IMG/VR virus record: IMGVR_UViG_3300002026_000045
Location: 1 to 64,000 of that record
Length of the DNA: 64,000 bases
Source: a virus
Strand: one strand, 5' to 3'
The notes beneath the pieces were generated by a model. The model was not told where the DNA came from. It was given only the letters and a program-made list of their open reading frames with translations, and ran no database searches. Made by a program: the position numbers and the translations under genes. Of this stretch, positions 31,595 through 40,506 are shown piece by piece (position 1 is the stretch's first letter; the number at the start of each line of letters is the position of its first letter).

Positions 31595-32263
31595 TTATCT
31601 GCCGCTACCAAGAAAATAAGGGTCAAGAATAACTGGAGTCCCGTCGTTACGAATCATGAAATTACTTGAATGTAAATCCCAATGCCAATTTTTAGTTCCA
31701 CAAATTTCATATAGTGTTTCCATCGTAACCCATAATTTTTTTATGTTGTCAATGCCAAGATGAATCATCATAGTAGCCGCGTTGTCGTCAATAGTTGGTT
31801 GGTCCCAATCATCATCTTCATCGCCTTCTTCTTCTGGCAATTGCTCATCCAAATAATCTTCAAAATAAGTGTCATTTTCTATAGCTGTAGCCATGTTGGC
31901 CAATTCAATATGCCATTTCATGGGTAATTTTCCTAAACGTTCCATACGAATTTGAAGATACATTTCGCCAGAATTTGGCGGGTATTCAAAACTCTCAAAC
32001 CCAGAGTATTTAGGGAGGAACGGATTTGCTTCATTTGCTATGCAATATTTAATCCACTCAACACCCATTCGTTGACCATCCGAAAGCTGGCCAGATGTTG
32101 TCCCGCGGGTAGTTTTAAATATTTTTAGTATTTCGCCATTGGGTGCGAGGAAAGCAACTTGGTCCATTCCCTCACCTTTCATTTTATATCCTTGGCTGAC
32201 CATATGACGTATTATACCTGGATATAAATCTTGTGCTTCAGTAATAAATTCTTTAGACTTCAT
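31595..32263 (-). CDS. Protein-kinase-like enzyme with capsid-targeting-like leader
   Basis: MKSKEFITE leader; GEGMDQVAF, ILKIF, IRMERL, DLHSSNFM, VILDP. Confidence 0.8.
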   Translation of the reverse strand: MKSKEFITEAQDLYPGIIRHMVSQGYKMKGEGMDQVAFLAPNGEILKIFKTTRGTTSGQLSDGQRMGVEWIKYCIANEANPFLPKYSGFESFEYPPNSGEMYLQIRMERLGKLPMKWHIELANMATAIENDTYFEDYLDEQLPEEEGDEDDDWDQPTIDDNAATMMIHLGIDNIKKLWVTMETLYEICGTKNWHWDLHSSNFMIRNDGTPVILDPYFLGSGR

Positions 32264-32271
32264 GATGGTAT

Positions 32272-33582
32272 TTATTTGTCAAGCATTGCTGCAATTTCTG
32301 CAGATTTTGATGCAAGCATTTCCTTAGTGTGATTTGCTTTGTCAATTGCCTCGGGCGATGCTGCTTTATCAAATTTTGATGACGATGCAGATTTTGTTAT
32401 TTTTGCTAAGTAAATGCTTTTAACTTGTTGCAGCAAATCAGTAGCAGATTGCTTTCCTGCCATCTCTAACGTTTGAGCAATGCCTTTAAATGAGTTAATA
32501 ATATCTGATATCCGTGGTTCGTCTAATGTACCAGGATACTGTTTGAGCAACGGGCTAATTTTTGCACAGCCAAAATACTTTACGATATCAATACCCCAGG
32601 TGTCTGGATTATTTGTAATAGTCTGCAAAGTTGTATTTTTAACAGTTCTAAATGGAACTAATTCACCATTGACAGTTTTTGCTTGAATGCCATGACCGCC
32701 GCCAAAACTTAAACTAAGAGCTTCGCCTAATGATGAATACAACGAATTGCATAGAACCCCTTTAACCTGGTAGGCTGGCCTTAGCGCACGGGTCCAATTT
32801 TTGTTTTCATAGTAGCTTGCAACTAAATCTACTTGCACATACTCTTTGCCAACTTTAAGAATAATATTAGTGCCGTTGTTTGTTGAATAGTTTTGTGTAG
32901 AGTCACAAAATTCCTTAATAGCAGTGCTATAGATATTGCTATTCTCGTTGTTTGTCGTGCCCTCGATGCGCGGAATGTGGAATTGCACATCAACATCGCC
33001 ATACTCGCGAGTTGGGTCTTGAGCTAAGTCTCGCTCGTAGTAAGTGGCACTGCCGCCAGGTGCTGAAATTTCAGTTGGTGCTAGACTTTTTGATGCTAAA
33101 AATTTGTTTAGCTGTGGTATGAATTGGTTAGAGAGCAGTTTCATTACATGCTGCACTAACTGCGGCGTTATCTTTGTTCCTTGTGTTTGCGTAGACGCCC
33201 ACCCACCTTCTTCTAATTTATTGCCAGTTACTTCTTGATACAATGCCCAGGCTTCTTTGTCACGGTGCAGCCCAGCTAATTTTTTAAATGTAGCTTTCTG
33301 AGCAGGCGTTGCAATTTTAAAAAACTTTGCCAAATCTATTATTCCTACATTTTTTGGGTAAGCAAGTTCTTCTAAGTCATCTTCATGCAACTTAACACCC
33401 ACAACAGATTGCATAAAGTGCCACGCTTCTTCCATCTTGCCTTCTGCTTTCAATTTCTTAAAATGTTTTTTCTGATCGTCAGTTGCAGTTTGGAAAAACT
33501 TAGTCAATTCCATGATCCCAATGTTACCTGGGTAAGCTAATTCTTTAACTACGCTTTCGCTAATGATTTCGTTTATTTTCAT
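32272..33582 (-). CDS. Polyprotein-like: two tandem ~55 aa repeats plus a Pol-beta-type nucleotidyltransferase domain
   Basis: MKINEIISE leader; ELAYPxNxGI...KLxE x2; GGS...YGDVDV...VQVDL. Confidence 0.7.
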   Translation of the reverse strand: MKINEIISESVVKELAYPGNIGIMELTKFFQTATDDQKKHFKKLKAEGKMEEAWHFMQSVVGVKLHEDDLEELAYPKNVGIIDLAKFFKIATPAQKATFKKLAGLHRDKEAWALYQEVTGNKLEEGGWASTQTQGTKITPQLVQHVMKLLSNQFIPQLNKFLASKSLAPTEISAPGGSATYYERDLAQDPTREYGDVDVQFHIPRIEGTTNNENSNIYSTAIKEFCDSTQNYSTNNGTNIILKVGKEYVQVDLVASYYENKNWTRALRPAYQVKGVLCNSLYSSLGEALSLSFGGGHGIQAKTVNGELVPFRTVKNTTLQTITNNPDTWGIDIVKYFGCAKISPLLKQYPGTLDEPRISDIINSFKGIAQTLEMAGKQSATDLLQQVKSIYLAKITKSASSSKFDKAASPEAIDKANHTKEMLASKSAEIAAMLDK

Positions 33583-33727
33583 AATCTTTAATATTTGCTA
33601 ATGATTTCTTTTTATGCTCAATGCCTGCTTTTGCAATTTCGTCAATATGTCGTTTGCACCCAATGCAAACATTATTCTTATCTAATTTGCATATCTTAAT
33701 GCAAGGCGATGGAGCGGAACTGCTCAT
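33560..33727 (-). CDS. DUF1289/YdhL-like small Cys-rich protein (55 aa, not in the ORF track)
   Basis: SPCIKICKLD..NVCIGCKRHIDEI. Confidence 0.75.
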   Translation of the reverse strand: MSSSAPSPCIKICKLDKNNVCIGCKRHIDEIAKAGIEHKKKSLANIKDYENKRNH

Positions 33728-33732
33728 AATTA

Positions 33733-34338
33733 TTATATATTTAACTCATAATAAAGTGCAGGTGGCAGCAAATAATATTTTTCGCAATTGAATAATACTT
33801 CATGCATTGATGCCCTTGCTGCTTGCAATGACCCATTCACGCCATATGTTTGCAACATTTCAATCAACTGAGGAGACATTTTCTTAATGTCTTCCTCATC
33901 ATAATGAAATGTACTGCCAAAACCAGTGTCAGTGAGCATTATGTCAACCGCAGAAAATAAGTCATCAATTGTGTCTGACCAGCAAAAATCAAAATCCCCA
34001 ATGGGAATAAACACATACGGAAACCCGTATTGTTTGCTTTCTGTTTCACTGCCAGTGGCAAATGTTGCTGCACTTCTCCATCTGTGACCAAGTTTAGCTG
34101 CAAACCAGTTATCTAAAAACTGATGTATCTCCAATGGCATATCCTTGGGAGAACGATTTTTTATTGTCGTGCACTCTGTAATTTCTGTGTATCGTGTATG
34201 CGTTCCCCTGAAAAATGGAATTGACAACCCGTATCTTAGATAACTTGCACAATTTGCCTGGATTAATTTAGTCGCGTGGGCAAGTTCTGACTCAGAGTGC
34301 AACGTCCCGTATTCTAAAATTATTTCGTGTGCTCGCAT
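33733..34338 (-). CDS. Putative ADP-ribosyltransferase-fold protein with capsid-targeting-like leader
   Basis: MRAHEIILE; FFRG...TFAT...YG..Y...HEVL (R-S/T-E order). Confidence 0.5.
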   Translation of the reverse strand: MRAHEIILEYGTLHSESELAHATKLIQANCASYLRYGLSIPFFRGTHTRYTEITECTTIKNRSPKDMPLEIHQFLDNWFAAKLGHRWRSAATFATGSETESKQYGFPYVFIPIGDFDFCWSDTIDDLFSAVDIMLTDTGFGSTFHYDEEDIKKMSPQLIEMLQTYGVNGSLQAARASMHEVLFNCEKYYLLPPALYYELNI

Positions 34339-34342
34339 TTGA

Positions 34343-34999
34343 TTATCCGTAAACTAAAGAATCTATTCGTTTATATTTGATGTTGAAGGCTGACATTAGC
34401 AATTCAACCTCACGTAAACATTCCCCGCGGCCGCCGCCTACAATGTAAGCACCACTAAATTTTTTAAGCAACGCAACATCTGCCCATCCAACTGAAATGG
34501 GATCACCCATCCCAATTAAATAATCGTGTCCAAGCAATTGCTTCATACCTTCTTCGTATGTATCAGAATCCGCACCACCAAATAACTGTCTACTGTCTGT
34601 TATTTTATTTTGGTACATCATCCTAACTGCCTTGATAATAGCAGCATCAGCTACGCCTTGGTCCATCCAGCTTCTCAGGTATCCATATCCCTTGTCATAC
34701 ACTTGAAATCTTGACCAGTTAATTTGTGACGGTTGCTCAATGTATTCATCATACTCTGCTTCGCCATTTACAGTGTCTTCCCAATATTGTTTAACGTCCT
34801 GAACCGTGTCACCAGATAACCCATCACGCTCTGCGTTAACCATCAGTAATACTGGCCCAGTGGATTTAACTACAAAATTAATAATCTCTGGGAATAATGC
34901 ACTTTCCTCTCCGTCGTTCATACCAGAATACTCTGGTTGAACATCAATGCAAATAATTGGGTGTGACAACCCTTCTGTGATAAATTCGGTTGATCTCAT
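34343..34999 (-). CDS. Isochorismatase/cysteine-hydrolase-like protein with capsid-targeting-like leader
   Basis: MRSTEFITE; IICIDVQPEY...DKGYG...IVGGGRGECL (D-K-C triad). Confidence 0.65.
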   Translation of the reverse strand: MRSTEFITEGLSHPIICIDVQPEYSGMNDGEESALFPEIINFVVKSTGPVLLMVNAERDGLSGDTVQDVKQYWEDTVNGEAEYDEYIEQPSQINWSRFQVYDKGYGYLRSWMDQGVADAAIIKAVRMMYQNKITDSRQLFGGADSDTYEEGMKQLLGHDYLIGMGDPISVGWADVALLKKFSGAYIVGGGRGECLREVELLMSAFNIKYKRIDSLVYG

Positions 35000-35403
35000 A
35001 TTCTAATTACCTGCCCCTCGCCAGTCCATTTTGTATCTCGCACAGTAGTGGTTGCAACATAATTGTCTACATCACTCCTTACAACTGCAATGAATATATA
35101 TGTGTGCGGATCGTAAAACACAAAACTTGTCCCTGGCACTTTCCCTTTGAAAAACTGCATCCCACGTTTTAAAATTTTAACAATAGTTTCCATTAACTCT
35201 TTGACAGTATACAGACCAACTTTCCCGCGCTTTAGTTTTATTTGATCAAAAAAATGATTTGAAAATCTCATTTTATAACCGTGTTTGTCAAAGTAACCTT
35301 CAGCAACGTTAACTACCTGCCTAAACTCGGCCATTAACTCAGGCGTATAAAGAATATTTACATTCCAATCACTATGTTCAACCATAAACTCAGTTGAGAT
35401 CAT
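34996..35403 (-). CDS. Hypothetical protein, possibly RNase-toxin-like fold, with leader
   Basis: MISTEFMVE; FSNHFFDQ..KR...VATTTVR. Confidence 0.45.
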   Translation of the reverse strand: MISTEFMVEHSDWNVNILYTPELMAEFRQVVNVAEGYFDKHGYKMRFSNHFFDQIKLKRGKVGLYTVKELMETIVKILKRGMQFFKGKVPGTSFVFYDPHTYIFIAVVRSDVDNYVATTTVRDTKWTGEGQVIRI

Positions 35404-35882
35404 CGCATGCATTCCTTCTTGATTATTTGCATTGACCTGTTATCATTGATTAAACTAACTAGTCCAGGATGTAGTGGAGACGGCCATTGGCCAAACTCAA
35501 ACCAATCTGACCCTTGAGTTTCCCAATCTGTAATTGGTGTAAATTCAGATGGAACTAATGCTAAGAAGTTGTAGTAAGTAAATCCAGACGGATGGTTAAA
35601 TGTAAACAACGGAAGCAATTTAATTGGGCCAGTATATGATGCTTCCTCACTGACCTCACGCTTAACTGCGGTTGCAGGGTCTTCACCATCATCAATTGCG
35701 CCGCCCCAAGTGCCCCAAGTATTTGGTTGCTCAACGTTATTAGACCTATGCGCAATGCAAATACGTTTTGTGTCTGCTGCAAGAAACAAACACCCAGCAC
35801 CTTGCCTACCCCAAAACCCAGTTTTCTCTAATGCAGCTTTGTGCTCTTCATCTGACTCAAATATAAATTCTGCTGCTTTCAT
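35400..35882 (-). CDS. Nudix hydrolase with capsid-targeting-like leader
   Basis: MKAAEFIFE; GGAIDDGEDPATAVKREVSEE Nudix box; PLHPG. Confidence 0.9.
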   Translation of the reverse strand: MKAAEFIFESDEEHKAALEKTGFWGRQGAGCLFLAADTKRICIAHRSNNVEQPNTWGTWGGAIDDGEDPATAVKREVSEEASYTGPIKLLPLFTFNHPSGFTYYNFLALVPSEFTPITDWETQGSDWFEFGQWPSPLHPGLVSLINDNRSMQIIKKECMR

Positions 35883-36751
35883 TTAATTGCCTCCCATTTT
35901 TTGCACAATGCATTTTTAAGGGCTAGCAATGTTGGAATCTTATTTTGCCGCATATACTTAATAATAGCAGTTGCTGAATCAAATCCAGTGTTTCCTGGCT
36001 TCCTTTCACTAGCAAATGAATTGCCTAACCCTGAGTCTTCATTTTCATATCTTGACCCATAGTAAACTAAATTGTATCTTAACTTATCTGCGTCTGGAGT
36101 TAATTCTGCTTTACTTTTCTTGTGTATTAACTCTATCCAAGGCTCTAGGTAATCAGTTGGTGGCCGATATTGTTTTTGTGTTGGAGTAACACCAGCCAAT
36201 AAATCACCTGCGTTCTTTACACTAATTGCTTTATTTGTATTTTGCAATCTCCATGCTTGCTCGTCGTTGTACAAGTATGTAGGAATCCTGCGCTTTTTGC
36301 CTGCTAACAAAATCCCACGTGTCAATGGGCTACGCCATTCGTCTTGCTCTTTAATGTATGCGTGAATGCCAATAACGCCGCCAAGAGGAATCTCAGGCGT
36401 TTTGCTGAATACTCTATCTTCTGCTTCACGAGTTCTGTCACCGACATTAAGCCAACTACGATCCCAGTAGTCAATTGGTTGAGTTTTATAATTATGATTT
36501 AGCCAATTACCGTCAATGACGAACATTACTGCGGCACTTCCCGTATAGCGATGATAATCACCTACTTTAGTTCGTGTAGTAGAAAAGAAATAATCATATC
36601 CTGCTGGGGCATATCGCTCTTCAGAAGGATTGCCAGTTGAGCGTGATAATTGGAAGAAACCGTCTTGCAAAATGCTAGCAGCATTACGTGTACTTGTGTA
36701 ATGATACACAATGCTTGACGCCATTTCTGTTAAGAATTCATCAGAGATCAT
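35879..36751 (-). CDS. Putative ADP-ribosyltransferase-fold protein (His-type) with leader
   Basis: MISDEFLTE; VYHYT...SILQDG.F.L...FFSTTR...EAEDRV. Confidence 0.55.
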   Translation of the reverse strand: MISDEFLTEMASSIVYHYTSTRNAASILQDGFFQLSRSTGNPSEERYAPAGYDYFFSTTRTKVGDYHRYTGSAAVMFVIDGNWLNHNYKTQPIDYWDRSWLNVGDRTREAEDRVFSKTPEIPLGGVIGIHAYIKEQDEWRSPLTRGILLAGKKRRIPTYLYNDEQAWRLQNTNKAISVKNAGDLLAGVTPTQKQYRPPTDYLEPWIELIHKKSKAELTPDADKLRYNLVYYGSRYENEDSGLGNSFASERKPGNTGFDSATAIIKYMRQNKIPTLLALKNALCKKWEAIK

Positions 36752-36752
36752 A

Positions 36753-38909
36753 TTATGACTCTTTTACTATACTAATAATCTCGCCACGATTGAGATTCTC
36801 TCCTGCCATTTTTGCTTCTGCATAGTCCCTTGCAGATACTGCTGCCTGCGTGTGATCAGCAAAATCTATAAACCATCTGCCCCATGGTCTCTGAGGTGGC
36901 TGTGCTGTTTGCTGCGGTGGTGCCGCTGGTTGTGGTTCATTTATACGATGTGGCACAACCTCAAATTCTTGTTGCACTACATTATGCCCATTGCTAGTCA
37001 ACCATCCAGCAGCCATGCGGTTTGCATCACGTTGGGTAGTTGGACCATTTAAAATATGTACTAAATTTCCTTGCTCGTCCATAATATCCCACGCATGCTC
37101 CCCTACATTTGTCAAATTAGGGGCTGTTGGTTCAATATATTTTTTTATTGCAATTGCCTTCATTGCATTGTCTGGGGCGTCAATGTCGCGTATCCCCCAT
37201 TCTTTACGGGCTACTATTTTCGCTTCATCAGCAGACGTTGCAACTACTTCAATGGAAGAAGCATGGCCAGCAATTGAAACTTTATACCAATATTTTTCAC
37301 CAGCCTCTGGGTTTCTTTCTGTTTTGCGCTGAAGTTGAACTTGTTTGACAAAACTGCGCAAAGCCGCAGCTGGCAATTCTCCAGCTGCATATTGAGCAAA
37401 ATATTTTATTGTGTCATCACCGCTGCTAGATGGCGCAAGCATTAAATATAATTTTTTTAAATATTCATTCCTTGATTTTTGTGGATCACATGCTGCATCT
37501 AACGCAACTACCATTCGAAGTAAGGTAGGCTCAATTTTATCATAAAACTTGCCAAGCCAATCATCCCCAGGGCTACGAAATTCAACATACCCTTCTTTAT
37601 TGTTAATACTGGTATATTTGTCAGTGCTGCCACTGTGAATTGCCCTACTAGCAAGTTTGTTTAGACCAGCCCGCATCTTGTCCATCATTGGCTGGGCCAA
37701 TTCAGGTCTCATTCTTGCATACCGTTTAACTTGATCCAACCCAGACTTGCAATATGTATTTGCTTCTCTCTCAAATTGTTCTAAAACGTATTGGTCCCCA
37801 AGCAAGATGGCAAGTTTAACATAATCTAAATTACTCTCGCTCATACCAGGTACACTTACATTTATGTGTAACCCAGTTGACGAGTTAGTGTAACAGCCCT
37901 GGCTATCTGCCCATGCTTTGACTTTCTTTAAGTCCGACAACATCTCTGGCAATGGAAGTGGAGGGCTAACAAATTCAACCCCACCATCACTTGAATCCTC
38001 AGGCTCATCTAAACTCGAGTCTGGCTCAACCACATACGAAACATCGTTACGTTTAGCGCCATGATATCTGTCACTTGACGCAACTGGACGCCCAATCATA
38101 CTCTCAAACTCTTTTGCAATGTCGTCAAATGACCTACTGCCGCCCCCACCACCTGAACTGTAGTGTGGCCAATCTATAGCAATCCAATCAGCGTCACACA
38201 CGTCAGTCATATTAACTAGTCCAACGTCTCTGAGCCAGTCTCGTTCTTCAGGATATGACCAATCTTCGCGGTAATCTTCTAACGCATAATCGTAAGTTCG
38301 ACCTTCAAGTTCCCATTCTTCCTCAACCATTTCTTCTAACTTAGCGTCGGCCGCGGAACACGCGGCTCTCCAATGTTTTTCATCGTCACTGTTGTAAGTT
38401 ACCTCTCCCGCGACGCGATTGTATTTTCTAGCATTGATTTGAATCCCTACTTTTTCAGCACGATTCTTCTCGTCATCACTTAGGCCCAAATCCTCTAATG
38501 CAATAGTTATTGCTTCATTTTCATCCCACAGCGAATTGTTTACTATATAGTCTCTGAGCGCGTCTTTCCCTTCATTTCTCCATTCTCTGTGAAATTCTTC
38601 GTCTGCCCATTCATAGTATCGCTCCTCTAACTTTTCTCTCATTCGTTGAATAGCATTTCCACTGTTCATACTTGTTTCGTCATTTGAGAAAAATTCAACT
38701 ATGTCGTCTATGCTGTTGGCACGTTCATCCATGTCATAATTTGGCTCGTACTCATCACCACCGTCATTGTCTGACTCAGTGTCTGGGACATACATCTCAA
38801 ATTCCATCCCAACATAGGCATCAATTGATGCAGCCATGCGTCGCAATGAGGCAGGCCCCATTGCGAGTTCGCTTAAAAGTTGTGGTTCTACAAATTGTTC
38901 TGCTCGCAT
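36753..38909 (-). CDS. Putative amidoligase (amidoligase-2 / COOH-NH2 ligase-like) with leader
   Basis: MRAEQFVE...LLSE; VGMEFE, EPDSSL, GVEFVSPP, STGLHINV, KYTSIN, VEFRSPG; acidic insertion. Confidence 0.8.
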   Translation of the reverse strand: MRAEQFVEPQLLSELAMGPASLRRMAASIDAYVGMEFEMYVPDTESDNDGGDEYEPNYDMDERANSIDDIVEFFSNDETSMNSGNAIQRMREKLEERYYEWADEEFHREWRNEGKDALRDYIVNNSLWDENEAITIALEDLGLSDDEKNRAEKVGIQINARKYNRVAGEVTYNSDDEKHWRAACSAADAKLEEMVEEEWELEGRTYDYALEDYREDWSYPEERDWLRDVGLVNMTDVCDADWIAIDWPHYSSGGGGGSRSFDDIAKEFESMIGRPVASSDRYHGAKRNDVSYVVEPDSSLDEPEDSSDGGVEFVSPPLPLPEMLSDLKKVKAWADSQGCYTNSSTGLHINVSVPGMSESNLDYVKLAILLGDQYVLEQFEREANTYCKSGLDQVKRYARMRPELAQPMMDKMRAGLNKLASRAIHSGSTDKYTSINNKEGYVEFRSPGDDWLGKFYDKIEPTLLRMVVALDAACDPQKSRNEYLKKLYLMLAPSSSGDDTIKYFAQYAAGELPAAALRSFVKQVQLQRKTERNPEAGEKYWYKVSIAGHASSIEVVATSADEAKIVARKEWGIRDIDAPDNAMKAIAIKKYIEPTAPNLTNVGEHAWDIMDEQGNLVHILNGPTTQRDANRMAAGWLTSNGHNVVQQEFEVVPHRINEPQPAAPPQQTAQPPQRPWGRWFIDFADHTQAAVSARDYAEAKMAGENLNRGEIISIVKES

Positions 38910-38946
38910 AAGTTATTTTGTTTAATAACTTATTTATCTAAGCAAT

Positions 38947-39531
38947 TTACAACCTGTTAGTTACAATCTCATCTGCAAGCCCATACTCAAGGGCCACCTT
39001 AGCAGACATGAAGTTGTCACGTTCCATATCAGCAGCAAGTTGATCGAATGTTTTGCCTTTGCTGTTATGATCAACGTAGATTTGTGTTAGATTGCGTTTC
39101 ATTTCTAAAATCTCGTTGACTTGGATCAACATGTCAGTTGCTTGACCTCTAGCTCCACCTGACGGCTGGTGAATCATATGCCTTGCGTTAGGCAGCATCA
39201 TGCGCCTGCCTGGTGCGCCTGCTTGTGCAAGCAATGAGCCCATGCTACACGCTTGGCCCATAACTACTGTACGAATATCACATTTAACGAAATTCATGCA
39301 ATCATAAATCGCCATGCCAGCAGTAACTTCACCGCCTGGAGAATTCACATACATGAAAATCTCCTTGCCGGCGTCTTCTGATTCAAGAAATAGCATTTGC
39401 GCTACTACAACATGCGACATTTCAGTTGCGATGGGGCCATTTAGGAAAATAATACGGTCGCGAAGGAGCCTAGAAAATAGGTCATACGATCGCTCGCCTT
39501 TAGATGTCGTTTCAATCACAAATGGTATCAT
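38947..39531 (-). CDS. clpP: ATP-dependent Clp protease proteolytic subunit
   Basis: ERSYDLFSRLLRDRIIFL, YVNSPGG, QACSMGS, MIHQPSGG, ERDNFMSA. Confidence 0.97.
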   Translation of the reverse strand: MIPFVIETTSKGERSYDLFSRLLRDRIIFLNGPIATEMSHVVVAQMLFLESEDAGKEIFMYVNSPGGEVTAGMAIYDCMNFVKCDIRTVVMGQACSMGSLLAQAGAPGRRMMLPNARHMIHQPSGGARGQATDMLIQVNEILEMKRNLTQIYVDHNSKGKTFDQLAADMERDNFMSAKVALEYGLADEIVTNRL

Positions 39532-39585
39532 ATTCTTCTCTTTTAACTAAATAAATTGTATGCTATATTAAAGGCCCACACCATT

Positions 39586-40506
39586 ATGAAACTTTTATCA
39601 CACACTGAGTTTATTTTACACGCAACCACTATTCATTGCAAGTTATATGATTATTCATTGATCCAATTTCCAGTAACGAGATCACAACGAATTTCAGTCA
39701 TTGATCCAGAATTTGGGGTGTTTGAAACTAATGTAAATCGACATCTTGCCGGGGCTGGCCATAAAAAACGTGGGGCAATAAAATCAGCCGATACTCGCAG
39801 AATGTCAACTGCAGATTTTATTTATCGGGCAAACAAGATACATAAAAACTTTTATGACTATTCAAAAGTTGTTTATAAAAGTATGACTATAAAAATCTGC
39901 ATCGTTGATCCAGAATACGGTGAATTTTTTCAATCCCCAGCTGGGCACTTGGATGGTCAAGGCCATCCTCAGCGAGGGAACAAAAAAGCAGCAGATAAAC
40001 GAAAAATGGGGTTAAGTAAATTTATAACACAATCTCGCAGTAAACACGGTGATCTATATGATTACACCAAAGTTAATTATGTCAATTGTGACACAAAAGT
40101 ATGTATAGTTGACCCTGAATATGGAGAGTTTTGGCAAAGTCCTTGGCAACATTTAAAATCTCATGGTTGCCCAGCACGAACAAAAAATAAAAAATGGGCC
40201 ATTCATCAAGACCATATTATTCCACTGTCAATATTGCGGCAAGGAAAAGTCGTAAATAAATGGTATGAAAATCGTCCACTATTTAAATTTTTAAATAGTG
40301 GCATAAATTTAGTTAGTGTGACAGCAAAATTTAATATTGATAAAAGTGATTTTATAACAGTAAACGGCAAAAAAATTGCCGCAAGCACAATAAGAAATAA
40401 TTATGACATTATTGCTCATCTTATTAAGACATTACTTAACATTGACCCAACTTTAATTATTCAAGAAGATCAAAGTTATATAAAAGAATATTTTAATTTA
40501 ACTTAG
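39586..40506 (+). mobile_element. Putative homing endonuclease (DUF723-like repeats plus HNH-like C-terminus)
   Basis: Three repeats FI..A..IH...YDYS.V.Y.....I.IVDPEYGEF.Q....HL.G.GH; DHIIP...N...N..KSD. Confidence 0.7.
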
